From assembly GCA_964639215.1 (NCBI GenBank), contig CAZXCV010000006.1:410-64409 (forward strand): DNA of 64,000 nt, read 5' to 3'. The stretch comes from an uncultured Staphylococcaceae bacterium. Lineage in GTDB: Bacteria; Bacillota_I; Bacilli_A; RFN20; CAG-826. Positions 38,769-48,610 of the stretch are shown here, one piece after another (position 1 is the first letter of the stretch; every line of letters begins with the position of its first letter). The translations under genes were made by a program, and so were the position numbers. The notes under the pieces were generated by a model. The model made no database searches. It was not told where the DNA came from and saw only the letters and a program-made list of their open reading frames with translations.

Positions 38769-39200
38769 CTATTCAATCGCAATTTTGTGCTTTGTTTCTT
38801 CCTTTTCAGGTACTGTCTTTGGGACTGATAAGGTTAGGACCCCGTCTTCTAATTTTGCTTTAATATCCGGTTGTTTTATATCCTCGCCGACATAGAATGA
38901 GCGACAAGCTGAGCGGTAGTAGCGTTCGCGACGCACGTAATTAACGGTTTGATCATCGTGCTCATCTTTTTGCTCAGCTGTAATCGTTAAATATCCATTT
39001 TCAAGAGCGATATCGACATTTTCTTTAGGAATACCCGGAACATTAATGACTAATTCAAATGTCTTTTCAGTTTCTTTGATGTCCGTTTGTAATCCTTGTG
39101 TCATCCAATTACCACTGCGACGATTACGAAATGGATCGAGCGGGAAGAGATCTTCAAAGATCGAGCCAGGGGTTAAAAGATTGAATTTTTTGTCTAACAT
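38769..39200 (-). CDS. Small heat-shock protein, Hsp20/alpha-crystallin family
   Basis: 143 aa. Alpha-crystallin domain (FELVINVPGIPKENVDIALENGYLTITAEQ) and IXI-like C-terminal KIAIE. Confidence 0.85.
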   Translation of the reverse strand: MLDKKFNLLTPGSIFEDLFPLDPFRNRRSGNWMTQGLQTDIKETEKTFELVINVPGIPKENVDIALENGYLTITAEQKDEHDDQTVNYVRRERYYRSACRSFYVGEDIKQPDIKAKLEDGVLTLSVPKTVPEKEETKHKIAIE

Positions 39201-39224
39201 ATATTTGTTCCTCCTTAGTTATTC

Positions 39225-39293
39225 TACGGCGCTTTCTTTAAGCGCAACATTATTGTAGCACACATTTTGGCACTGTCAAGTAATGAGTGCTAA
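39225..39293 (-). promoter_or_regulatory. hsp20 promoter (TTGACA-16-TGcTACAAT) with second copy of the CIRCE-like repeat
   Basis: TTGGCACTG-TCAAGTAAT-GAGTGCTAA at 39267-39293. 24 of its nt are identical to the htpG copy. -35 at plus 39274-39279, -10 at plus 39252-39257, RBS AAGGAGG. Confidence 0.6.
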
Positions 39294-39421
39294 TTTTAGA
39301 ACTATTGCGTTCATGTCGTTGTTTTTCCTTGTAAAAATTTTTTTAAAGTTCGATTTCCAATAAATTAGCACGGCATTTTGTTTATTCGGTAGAGCCATAA
39401 ACGCTCGAAAGGAGAAATATC

Positions 39422-40321
39422 ATGAAACACAAACTATTAGGGAAAATCATCGTCGCGATGTCTGCGACTTTATTGTTGGCTTCTTGCACATTTTCAAGTG
39501 CGGTACCGATTGAGGAAGATCTCGCATACATCACCGTTGAGATTAATCCTGGTTTTGGAATAATGGTCAACGAACAATATCATGTCACTTATGCCCACGC
39601 CTTGAACGCTGATGGTGAAATGATAATGCTTCAAAAGCAATTAGAGGGTAAAACACTTGAAGATGCGATTGAAGAAATTGTCAATGAAACAATTGCTTTG
39701 GAATTTGTCACGACCACAAGTGAAAATGTGACCGTTGACATCGATGTCATCAGCAATCAGACAACACTGCAAAATCAAGTACGAAGTCAAGTCATAGAAA
39801 GAATAGGTAATGAATTTTCAGGCAACATGATTCAAGTTCAAACACGTACACGAACCTACACAGAAAACGAACTTGAAGCAGCCGAAGCCAAAGGAACGAC
39901 ACCCTTAAAATTAAAATTAGTTCAACAAGCAATGTTAGGAAATAATGATTTATTGGAAGAAGAAGCGCTAGCATTATCTGAAAAAGCTTTATTAAATAAA
40001 GCAAGAAATGGTGCGATCAACATGAAGAAAATCGCCTCATCATTAGGAGCCGAATTTATTGAAGCTCGCCAAGCAATTCAAGACGAGTATCTTCCACAAA
40101 TTCATGAATTACAAACAGCGATTGCTGCCGCCATTACTAATAGTGAAGATCCGCAGGATTTACAGACCGAACTCATTGCCTTGCGTCAAGAGATGGTAGC
40201 TGAAATTCAAACACTAGTCACCGAATATCGCCAGCAATCCGTCCAAGCCCGTGAGAATTGGCAAATCGAAGCTAACAATCGTAAAGGTGGGTCGCAATCT
40301 AGCCAAGGTAGCAATCGTTAA
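39422..40321 (+). CDS. Lipoprotein with a long alpha-helical / coiled-coil C-terminal half
   Basis: Lipobox LLASCTF. Downstream QAIQDEY...ELQTAIAAAITN heptad-like repeats and a Ser/Gly-rich tail. Confidence 0.5.
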   Translation: MKHKLLGKIIVAMSATLLLASCTFSSAVPIEEDLAYITVEINPGFGIMVNEQYHVTYAHALNADGEMIMLQKQLEGKTLEDAIEEIVNETIALEFVTTTSENVTVDIDVISNQTTLQNQVRSQVIERIGNEFSGNMIQVQTRTRTYTENELEAAEAKGTTPLKLKLVQQAMLGNNDLLEEEALALSEKALLNKARNGAINMKKIASSLGAEFIEARQAIQDEYLPQIHELQTAIAAAITNSEDPQDLQTELIALRQEMVAEIQTLVTEYRQQSVQARENWQIEANNRKGGSQSSQGSNR

Positions 40322-40342
40322 TAATTATTTGTTTGATAAAGT

Positions 40343-40369
40343 TAAGCCTCTCATCTGAGAGGTTTTTCT
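40343..40369 (+). terminator. Rho-independent terminator
   Basis: AAGCCTCTCA-TC-TGAGAGGTTTTTCTT. Confidence 0.65.
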
Positions 40370-40445
40370 TATGATTGTCATACCCTTGTTCAGTGTATCT
40401 TTTGCTTGATTCACAATGTTCGGGTAAAATAACTTTAATTGGGGC

Positions 40446-41444
40446 ATGTATATGAAAACAATTATCAACAATTTGTTAAATCCACGTTACAACCTGGCAC
40501 TTGAAGAGTACGTTTTAAAATATCTCGATACGAACGAAGACTTCGTGTTACTTTGGCAAAATGCAAATAGCGTCATCATCGGCCGTAATCAAAACACGAT
40601 TGAGGAAGTGAACGCCACCTATGTTCAAAGTCATCAAGTCAATGTCGTTCGGCGCATTACTGGTGGTGGCGCCGTATATCACGATTTAGGTAATTTGAAC
40701 TTTTCATTTATCACAACCTCAGAACGTAACAGCGTCAATAACTATCGCAAATTTATTGATCCCGTTGTTGCCGCGTTAAATTCTTTTGGTGTACCGGCAA
40801 TGTTTTCAGGTCGCAATGACATCGTTGTCGATGGTATGAAAATATCAGGCAATGCCCAAGCCTATCATAAAAAACGAATGCTTCATCATGGTACGATTTT
40901 ATTTGATGCGGACTTATCAATGATTTTCAATGTCCTCGATGTCAAGCCTGATAAGATCGCCTCGAAAGGGATAAAGAGTAATCGCGCTCGCGTCACCAAT
41001 ATCAAACCCTATCTCAAAGAATCAATCACAATAGAGCAATTTAAAAATCGCTTGCTTAGTTACTTATTGGGAAGTGAGGACATTTCTCGCCACATATATA
41101 TGCTGACGGCAACCGACCAACAAAAGATTAACGAATTAATGGATGCTCGTTATAACACTTGGGAATGGAACTATGGTGAGTCACCAGCATTTACGATTGA
41201 ACGTCATGGTCGTTATGAAGGTGGTGGTATTTCTGTTAAGTTAAATGTCATCGATGGTCATATTGACGCCATTAAAATATATGGTGATTTTTTGGGTGTT
41301 GAAGACATCACAAAACTCGAACAATACCTCATCGGCAAGCGTTTTGAAAAACTTGAATTAGCCAATGTTTTATCGAACATCAACCTCGATGATTATTTGT
41401 TAAAGATTTCTAAAGATGACTTGCTTAATTGTCTCTTTAAGTAA
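40446..41444 (+). CDS. lplA: Lipoate-protein ligase
   Basis: 332 aa. N-terminal NPRYNLALEEY, GGGAVYHDLGNLNFS, catalytic region and C-terminal accessory domain. Confidence 0.8.
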   Translation: MYMKTIINNLLNPRYNLALEEYVLKYLDTNEDFVLLWQNANSVIIGRNQNTIEEVNATYVQSHQVNVVRRITGGGAVYHDLGNLNFSFITTSERNSVNNYRKFIDPVVAALNSFGVPAMFSGRNDIVVDGMKISGNAQAYHKKRMLHHGTILFDADLSMIFNVLDVKPDKIASKGIKSNRARVTNIKPYLKESITIEQFKNRLLSYLLGSEDISRHIYMLTATDQQKINELMDARYNTWEWNYGESPAFTIERHGRYEGGGISVKLNVIDGHIDAIKIYGDFLGVEDITKLEQYLIGKRFEKLELANVLSNINLDDYLLKISKDDLLNCLFK

Positions 41445-41473
41445 AAAAACCGGCAAATCCGGTTTCTTTTTTT
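41444..41473. terminator. Bidirectional terminator shared by lplA and the pdh operon
   Basis: AAAAAAACCGG-CAAAT-CCGGTTTCTTTTTTT. Confidence 0.7.
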
Positions 41474-42845
41474 AAATATGAATTGGTTTATTTACGATTC
41501 CGTGCGTGACTTCGTGGATCATTTCCGATAATGATGGGTGTGGATGAATCGTCGCCACAATTTCTTCGGCGGTCGCTTCCATCACCATCGCTAGTGATGC
41601 CTCAGTAATCATTTCCGTCGCTGAAGCTGCAAAAATGTGCACGCCAAGTATCTCACCATATTTGCGATCGACGATGATTTTTACAAGACCGTCTTTTTCA
41701 TTTTCCGCCAGCGCTTTGCCATTAGCGACCAAGGGAAAGGTCGAAACTTTATAGTCCAGTTCTTGGGCCTTGGCATCTTGTTCTGTCATTCCTACCTGGG
41801 CGATTTCTGGGAAGGTATATATACCTGCGGGAATAATTTTAAAATCGAGCGGATGTTCAATCCCGTGAATATGTTCAACCGCGACAATTCCTTCACGCGA
41901 AGCAACATGAGCGAGCATGTGAAATCCAAGGACATCACCAATCGCATAAACATCAGCAACCGATGTCCGCATCAAGTTATCAACCTTAATCCCAGTTTTC
42001 GACATTGCTAAATTGAGCTTTTCATAACCCTTAGTGTTTGGGCGCATGCCTGTCGCTAGTAAGATTAGATCAGCTTCAAGTCTTGTTTCGACACCGCCTT
42101 TATTGCAGACAATGCCAGTATCCGTAATTTCCACAATATTGGCGCCGGTGATTAAGGCAACACCATCTTGAACAATTTTTTTGAGGAAGAGATTTCGGAT
42201 TTCATCGTCGACCGTCACTAATGGTGTTGCCTCTCGTTCTAAGACTTTAACGTGGACACCTAACGTATTGAAGATTGTCGCAAACTCCATACCGATAACG
42301 CCACCACCAATAACAATTAGCGATTTTGGTAATGTTGTTTTGGTAAGAATCTCTTTGCTTGTAACAACAAACCCTTTTTCATAGGCATCTTTTAAACCTT
42401 TGATTGGGGGAAAGGCCGGGCTCGCCCCTGTCGCAATAATGAGTTTATTCGTTTCAAGCTGTTCATTATTAACGAGTACATGATGGGCATCAATTGCTTC
42501 AGCATAACCTTCATAAACAGTCACACCATTTTTCTTTAATAAACCACGAACGCCACCAGTAAGTTTTTTGACAATTCCATCTTTTCTTTGCACCATCTTC
42601 GGGTAATCGATGTTAACTTGGTCAAAATCAAGATTAATTCCATAATCATCACTATGTTTTAAGGTGTCATAAACCTTCGCGCTTTTAAGCATCGCTTTGG
42701 TCGGGATGCAACCCCAATTAAGGCAAACCCCACCAACAGCTTCTCTTTCAATTAGGGCGACCGACATTCCTAACTGTGCCGCTTTAATTGCCGCCACATA
42801 ACCGCCGGGTCCACCCCCAATAATTGTTACATCATATTTTTTCAT
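41472..42845 (-). CDS. pdhD: Dihydrolipoyl dehydrogenase (E3)
   Basis: GGGPGGYVAA FAD motif, redox-active CLNWGCIPTK, HPHPSLSE C-terminal motif. Confidence 0.85.
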   Translation of the reverse strand: MKKYDVTIIGGGPGGYVAAIKAAQLGMSVALIEREAVGGVCLNWGCIPTKAMLKSAKVYDTLKHSDDYGINLDFDQVNIDYPKMVQRKDGIVKKLTGGVRGLLKKNGVTVYEGYAEAIDAHHVLVNNEQLETNKLIIATGASPAFPPIKGLKDAYEKGFVVTSKEILTKTTLPKSLIVIGGGVIGMEFATIFNTLGVHVKVLEREATPLVTVDDEIRNLFLKKIVQDGVALITGANIVEITDTGIVCNKGGVETRLEADLILLATGMRPNTKGYEKLNLAMSKTGIKVDNLMRTSVADVYAIGDVLGFHMLAHVASREGIVAVEHIHGIEHPLDFKIIPAGIYTFPEIAQVGMTEQDAKAQELDYKVSTFPLVANGKALAENEKDGLVKIIVDRKYGEILGVHIFAASATEMITEASLAMVMEATAEEIVATIHPHPSLSEMIHEVTHGIVNKPIHI

Positions 42846-42852
42846 CGCTAAC

Positions 42853-44172
42853 CTACTTCATCTGGAGCATCATGCTCGCTGGATCTTTTAAGTATTGTCG
42901 TAAGCGTAATAAGAAACGTCCGCCATCCGCTCCATCGATAATGCGATGGTCAATCGTTAAAGATAACGGTAAGACTTCACTAATAGCAATCACACCTTGT
43001 TCGTTAACAATTGGCTTTTTATAAATCGAACCAACACCTAAGATGGCAACCTCGGGATGTTTAATGACTGGTGTTCCAAATTTTGTTCCAAAGGCGCCAT
43101 AATTAGTAATCGTAAATGTGCCTTCTTGTAAATCGACTAATTTTATTTTCCGTTCGCGTGCTTCATCTGCTAACCGTTCAATTGCTTTTGCCAAATCAAT
43201 GATTGATTTACCATCAGCATCTTTAATGTTTGGCACAATTAAACCATCAGAGGTATCAACAGCAAAACCTAAATTAACACGGTTTTTGAAAATGATTTCT
43301 TCAGTTTCGTGGTCATAACTGCTGTTAAAAATTGGGTATTCTCGTAATGCTAAAGTGATGGCTTTAGAAATATACGCCAAATATGTAAGCTTAACCCCCT
43401 GTGCTTTCATATGTTCTTTTTGTGACTCTCGTAATGAAACAAGGGCACTCACGTCGAACTCATCCATTAAAGTCGTCATCGGGATAATGCTATTAGCAAC
43501 GCTCATGGCATTAACTATTGTTTTTCGTAGTTTCGAAATCTTGACACGAGTGACTTCTTGATCATTGAATGTTGGCATTTTCACAGAAATAGAACTTGTC
43601 GATCCGACCGTCGTTTTTGTTTCTAATGCCTTTCGAATATCTTCCTTCATAATTCGGCCAGCTTCACCACTGCCGATAATCGTCGTGATGTCTACCCCTA
43701 AATCGGCCGCCATCTTGCGGGCAACTGGTGTAGCGAGTACTTTACTGCTTATTATCTTATCTTCGCTTGTGGACGGCATCTCATTTGAAGCGGCAATCAC
43801 TTCATCAGAAACTTCAATCATGCCAACGACACCGGCAGGATTATCTTCTTTCCCTTCGCTTAGAGCCATCGCAATGGGCTTTGGAGTTGATTTTTGAGTT
43901 TCCACATGATCAATTTGTGACGGACTGGTTCCATTTTCATCAATCCACACCAATGTATCTCCAACGTGAATCGTTTCGCCGACTTTGGCGCCAAGTTTAT
44001 GGATCACGCCACTGACTGGCGATGGGAGATCAGCATTTACTTTATCGGTTTCGACAACGACTAGAGGTTTTCCATCTTTAACAGACTCTCCAACCTTCAC
44101 GAGCCATTTTAAAATTTGGCCTTCATGAATGCCTTCGCCAATGTCGGCAAATTTAAATTCATACATACTCAT
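42853..44172 (-). CDS. pdhC: Dihydrolipoamide acyltransferase (E2)
   Basis: N-terminal lipoyl domain (ETDKVNADLPSP), E3-binding domain, catalytic DHRIIDGA. Confidence 0.85.
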   Translation of the reverse strand: MSMYEFKFADIGEGIHEGQILKWLVKVGESVKDGKPLVVVETDKVNADLPSPVSGVIHKLGAKVGETIHVGDTLVWIDENGTSPSQIDHVETQKSTPKPIAMALSEGKEDNPAGVVGMIEVSDEVIAASNEMPSTSEDKIISSKVLATPVARKMAADLGVDITTIIGSGEAGRIMKEDIRKALETKTTVGSTSSISVKMPTFNDQEVTRVKISKLRKTIVNAMSVANSIIPMTTLMDEFDVSALVSLRESQKEHMKAQGVKLTYLAYISKAITLALREYPIFNSSYDHETEEIIFKNRVNLGFAVDTSDGLIVPNIKDADGKSIIDLAKAIERLADEARERKIKLVDLQEGTFTITNYGAFGTKFGTPVIKHPEVAILGVGSIYKKPIVNEQGVIAISEVLPLSLTIDHRIIDGADGGRFLLRLRQYLKDPASMMLQMK

Positions 44173-44177
44173 TCCTC

Positions 44178-45161
44178 CTAAACCTTATAATTGACTAAGG
44201 TTTTTATCTCATGGGCAATCCGTTTCGAATCAATCATGAAATGGTGTTCACCTCGTGGTAATGGGACGGCGATATCAAAACCAGTCAGTCGTGTGGGTGG
44301 GGCTTCCAAATTAAGAAATGCCTGTTCAATCACTCGTGTAATAATTTCAGTCGCAAATCCAAGCGTTCTGACGGCTTCGTGCACTACAAGGATGCGTCCT
44401 GTCTTTTTGACTGAATTAATAATTGTTTCGGTATCCATCGGTACGATTGTCCGTAAATCAATTAACTCAACTGATACCTGATCTTTTTCAAGGCTTTTAA
44501 TCGCGGTTTGTACTTCACGAACCATCGATCCCCAAGCGACAACCGTGATATCTTTTCCTTCTTCAACCACACGCGCTTTACCGATGGGAACGATATATTC
44601 TGTTTCTGGCACTTCCTGTTTAAACGCCCGATAGATTTTCTTCGGTTCAAAATATACGACTGGATCAGGATCTTGGATTGCAGCTGCCATGAGACCTTTA
44701 GCATCATACGGCGTTGATGGTATCACGATTTTTATTCCTGGAATATGAGCGATAAATGACTCGACGGCTTCTGAGTGATGCTCGAGTGCACGAATACCAC
44801 CACCCCATGGCATTCTGAGTACCATCGGAACAGTATATTTACCACGAGAACGATTTCGCATTCTGCCCATGTGAACCGCGATTTGGTTGAAGCCATTAAA
44901 CATGAATCCTTCAAATTGCATTTCAGCAATTGGTTTAAGCCCGTTGATTGCCATGCCGATTGCCGATCCGATAATTCCGGCTTCGGAGATTGGCGTGTCA
45001 AATACTCGGTCAACACCGAATTCTTGTTGCAAGCCTTTGGTGACGCGAAATACACCACCTTCAAAGCCCGCATCCTCACCGAACACAACAACCGTGTTGT
45101 CTTTTCTCATTTGCTCAAAAAGTGCTGCATTAATTGCTTGTAATAATGTCATTTCTGCCAT
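44178..45161 (-). CDS. pdhB: 2-oxoacid (pyruvate) dehydrogenase E1 beta subunit
   Basis: 327 aa, transketolase-like Pyr and C-terminal domains. Confidence 0.85.
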   Translation of the reverse strand: MAEMTLLQAINAALFEQMRKDNTVVVFGEDAGFEGGVFRVTKGLQQEFGVDRVFDTPISEAGIIGSAIGMAINGLKPIAEMQFEGFMFNGFNQIAVHMGRMRNRSRGKYTVPMVLRMPWGGGIRALEHHSEAVESFIAHIPGIKIVIPSTPYDAKGLMAAAIQDPDPVVYFEPKKIYRAFKQEVPETEYIVPIGKARVVEEGKDITVVAWGSMVREVQTAIKSLEKDQVSVELIDLRTIVPMDTETIINSVKKTGRILVVHEAVRTLGFATEIITRVIEQAFLNLEAPPTRLTGFDIAVPLPRGEHHFMIDSKRIAHEIKTLVNYKV

Positions 45162-45165
45162 AGTG

Positions 45166-46317
45166 TTATTCCTCCGACAAATTCTTATTAGACTTTGAGG
45201 CTTCTTTTAGATTCTGAAAGAAAGTCGTTTTCAAATATTTCATGTATTTTTCCTTTTGACTAATCAAGTCTTGGGGATTACTGCTAAATGTATAATCGAA
45301 CACATCGTCAATCGTCGGATTATCAGAGTTTTCAACTTTTTTGAAAGTTTCAGTCACATATTCTTCTAATTCCGTTTGGAGTTTCACTTCTTGTTCATCA
45401 GACCATATTTTTTTGTTAATTAGATATAGACGGAAGCGTTTAAGTGGGTCCTTCTGCCGCCATGAGACAACTTCTTCATCGGTGCGATAAATTGATGGGT
45501 CATCACTCGTCGTGTGAGGTCCTAAGCGATAGGTATATGCTTCAATGAGTGTCGGGCCTTCACCATTTCGCGCTCGAGTTGCCGCTTCAAGTGTCACAGC
45601 GTACATCGCCAAAACGTCATTACCGTCAACTTGGATGCCCGGAATTCCAAAAGCAATAGCTTTTTGGGCTAGTGTTACCGCTTTGGTCGCCTTAGCCCGC
45701 GGAGTTGAAATGGCATATTGGTTATTTTGAATAATCGTGATCAGCGGTACATCAAAGACCGCGGCAAAATTCATCGCTTCATAAAATTCACCATGACTTG
45801 TGCCACCATCGCCAATATAGCTGACCGCGACTTGATTTTTCTTTAACACCTTACTAGCATAAGCTAATCCAGAAGCGTGACCAACTTGGGAACCAATCGG
45901 TATGTTTACTGGCAAGACGTTGACATCATCGGCAAATTTTGAACCGATTTCGTTTCCGTACCAATATAAATAAAGTTGCTCAAGAGTGACGCCACGATAG
46001 AGCATCGCGGCGAATTCTCTAAAAGCCGGTGAGAGCCAATCTTGTGGGGCCAAAGCAGCCATCGCACCAACTTGGGCCGCTTCTTGCCCTTGAACTGGTG
46101 CATAAGTGAGCATTCGTCCTTGTCGTTGATACTGAAGCGCTTTAATATCAGCAATGCGCGCTAATGACATCGTGCGATACATATGTAATAAAGTCTTTTC
46201 ATCGATGTTTGGCTCATATTTAGGATTAACGACATTTCCTTCACTATCGATAATTTGGAATTGTTGCTTTTTCATTGGGTCATATTTTGAAATAATCATA
46301 CGGGTAACTCCTTTCAA
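45166..46317 (-). CDS. pdhA: 2-oxoacid (pyruvate) dehydrogenase E1 alpha subunit
   Basis: TPP-binding GDGGTSHGEFYEAMNFA. Start may be the internal MIISKYD at 46299. Confidence 0.8.
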   Translation of the reverse strand: MKGVTRMIISKYDPMKKQQFQIIDSEGNVVNPKYEPNIDEKTLLHMYRTMSLARIADIKALQYQRQGRMLTYAPVQGQEAAQVGAMAALAPQDWLSPAFREFAAMLYRGVTLEQLYLYWYGNEIGSKFADDVNVLPVNIPIGSQVGHASGLAYASKVLKKNQVAVSYIGDGGTSHGEFYEAMNFAAVFDVPLITIIQNNQYAISTPRAKATKAVTLAQKAIAFGIPGIQVDGNDVLAMYAVTLEAATRARNGEGPTLIEAYTYRLGPHTTSDDPSIYRTDEEVVSWRQKDPLKRFRLYLINKKIWSDEQEVKLQTELEEYVTETFKKVENSDNPTIDDVFDYTFSSNPQDLISQKEKYMKYLKTTFFQNLKEASKSNKNLSEE

Positions 46318-46397
46318 TCGTTGGATATAAGCATGATGTATGTTCTGTTAACGATATTATTTTAGGTGATATTTACCACTTCGTCATCCAATATGCT

Positions 46398-46427
46398 TAA
46401 AATGAAAAACGCCCCATAAGGGCGTTA
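46398..46427 (-). terminator. Rho-independent terminator after the zinc-ribbon membrane gene
   Basis: Minus-strand aacgcccuuauggggcguuuuucauuuu. Confidence 0.55.
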
Positions 46428-46449
46428 GTAAAGCCAATCATCAAATTAA

Positions 46450-47136
46450 TTAAATATGAAACTTACGGCTCAGTTCCGACATGACAATTCGCCGTCCGAG
46501 AATGAAGAGACCGATAATCGTCGCAAACGAAAGACCACCCGCACCGATTGCCATGTATGTCGGGTTGACAAGATTGAAAAACACGAGAATCAATGGCACA
46601 AATCCAATAATTGATAGTGATAATTGGGAAATCAAAAAATCACGAAGATGTTGTCGTTTTACAAGCATTAAAATATTGATGATAATAATAAAACCTATGA
46701 AAGTTGATGGCATCGCAAACGATAAAGTCCAGTTTAGGTGAGAAATCATTTGATTTGATGTCGTAAAAGCCTCAATTACTAAAAGAAGCCCAGTAATTGT
46801 TATCGCATGAATCATGAGTTTAAGACTGATGTGGACATTACGTTTAAATGAGAGCCAACCCACGATAATCCAGCCGTATAAAATTGCTGTGATGACAACG
46901 ATGCTCCACAAGCGACCAGCAAACGTTAAATAATTAACTAAAGCCACACTGAAGATGCCTGTTAATGAAAGAGTGGCTAAAATTCTTAAAAACAACCGTC
47001 TACGACTTGAGCGATAATCAAAGTCGGGATACGAAACAATACCTGGCGCCCCATCATCTGGTAAAAGACGATGGCAAAGCGGACACCGTGTTGTCTTCGT
47101 AGCAATGTTGACATTGCAATCAGGACATTGTTTCAT
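46450..47136 (-). CDS. Membrane protein with N-terminal Cys4 zinc ribbon (5-6 TM), unknown
   Basis: CPDCNVNIATKTTRCPLCH then hydrophobic helices. ATG at 47136 is 1 nt after the upstream stop and has a GGAGG RBS (the ORF is listed to 47181). Confidence 0.4.
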   Translation of the reverse strand: MKQCPDCNVNIATKTTRCPLCHRLLPDDGAPGIVSYPDFDYRSSRRRLFLRILATLSLTGIFSVALVNYLTFAGRLWSIVVITAILYGWIIVGWLSFKRNVHISLKLMIHAITITGLLLVIEAFTTSNQMISHLNWTLSFAMPSTFIGFIIIINILMLVKRQHLRDFLISQLSLSIIGFVPLILVFFNLVNPTYMAIGAGGLSFATIIGLFILGRRIVMSELSRKFHI

Positions 47137-47137
47137 C

Positions 47138-48439
47138 TTAAGCTTTTTCCTCCCAAAAATTACTCTCAATCGTGACATCAATACCTTGTTCGGTTAGGTA
47201 TTTAAAAAAGCGGCGTTCGACACTTGTGTCATAAATCGAACGGAGGAAACTAATTGTCGTAATCCCATTGAAAGAACCGACTCCAACACCATAGACGGCA
47301 GAAGCGGCGGTTGTTAAGTTAAATTCAAATGAGTCAATCAGCGGCATTATCGATGGGGGCATTTTAATGACACCGACATTCGAAATAGTCCCGGTTTCTA
47401 ATCTTTCACCGAGGCGCGTTCCGACGATGGCAAGCGTAATCTTTTTAATGAAAAGAGGCATCATGCGGACAAAGACATTTTTTTCAGCCGAAACATTAGC
47501 GTTAATGCTTCCTTGGAATTTTTCAATTTTAATCTCTTCAAGGAAGTCACGCTTTACTTTAGTGAGTACTTCATCAAACGTCAATTTGTGGTCTGCTTTG
47601 ATTGAAGTATGAATATAATGAGTAAAATTTCTCAGTGTTTTTGATGGATGAAAGCGTCTTAAGTTGACCGGGACAGAAATTCTTATCGGCTTTTTCTCAG
47701 GTATTTGTCCTTCATATGTTTCATAAATGGCGTAAGTGAGTAACGCCACTAGATATTGAGTTACCGTCGCTTCGTGTTTTTTAGATAGTGTTGCAAGCGC
47801 ATCTGCTGTCAATCTTCCAGTGATGACACCACGACTTTCACTATAAACAAAACGTTTCGATTTTATGTGAAAAGCGGGAATAATCTCCTCACGTTTTGCT
47901 CCTGATTTATCAGCATATTTGGCAAAACTATCTTCCATTTCTTCGGGAAAGGGATATTGGTCAACGGTAAAGACACTTCCGTCATTTTCGAGCTCATGAC
48001 CACGCAATTCGAAATAGCGAAACACGACTGCCTTGGTAAACTCAGTGGCTGAACTGCCATCGCATAAACTATGAAACATTTCTAAGCTGATCCGATTTTG
48101 ATAATAGAACACCGAAAAGAAAAAGTGGTTATTGATTGCTGTATCAATTTTTTGATTGACAAGCGGAGGTTCGGGGCGCACTTTTGGCTTTTTCGGATTA
48201 GCTTCAAGATAATACCAAAATAGTCCGTGTTTAATTCTCACAAACATCGAAGGAAACCGGGGTGCTAAATCAATTAAAGCTTGCTGGAGAACATCCGGGC
48301 GCACAGTTTCTTTTATTCGTATAGAAATTCTAAAAACAAAACTATCCCGACTGCTTTTCAAGGCTGGATATATTTTAGCGGCGTTATCTAATTTGAACCA
48401 GGTAGTATCTTTTACGACGCGACGAGGCATGGCAATCAC
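47138..48439 (-). CDS. HxxxDG-motif acyltransferase (condensation / alcohol-acetyltransferase / WS-DGAT-like fold)
   Basis: 433 aa. FHSLCDGSS (HxxxDG) roughly 115 residues from the N-terminus, as in CAT/condensation-type acyltransferases. Confidence 0.4.
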   Translation of the reverse strand: MIAMPRRVVKDTTWFKLDNAAKIYPALKSSRDSFVFRISIRIKETVRPDVLQQALIDLAPRFPSMFVRIKHGLFWYYLEANPKKPKVRPEPPLVNQKIDTAINNHFFFSVFYYQNRISLEMFHSLCDGSSATEFTKAVVFRYFELRGHELENDGSVFTVDQYPFPEEMEDSFAKYADKSGAKREEIIPAFHIKSKRFVYSESRGVITGRLTADALATLSKKHEATVTQYLVALLTYAIYETYEGQIPEKKPIRISVPVNLRRFHPSKTLRNFTHYIHTSIKADHKLTFDEVLTKVKRDFLEEIKIEKFQGSINANVSAEKNVFVRMMPLFIKKITLAIVGTRLGERLETGTISNVGVIKMPPSIMPLIDSFEFNLTTAASAVYGVGVGSFNGITTISFLRSIYDTSVERRFFKYLTEQGIDVTIESNFWEEKA

Positions 48440-48610
48440 TTTCTTTCATAAACATCATCATAAGTTAGAATATTAACATTTATATAACTGAAATTATAAC
48501 TGTTTTCAAGCCTGATGGCTGATTAGACTTTCAAATGGTTTAAAAGTTTGCCTATCAGCCATTATTATCATGTAAAATTGTTTTATTACGGAATAACAAG
48601 GTGGAACTTG

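Noticed and set aside
40322-40445. Promoter upstream of lplA (TTGATT ... TAAAAT)
   Set aside because: Spacing is about 13 nt, too short for a confident sigma-A call.
44191-45198. Cluster of 60-120 aa ORFs on both strands across pdhB
   Set aside because: All are nested in the highly conserved E1-beta gene, with low-complexity translations. Not real genes.
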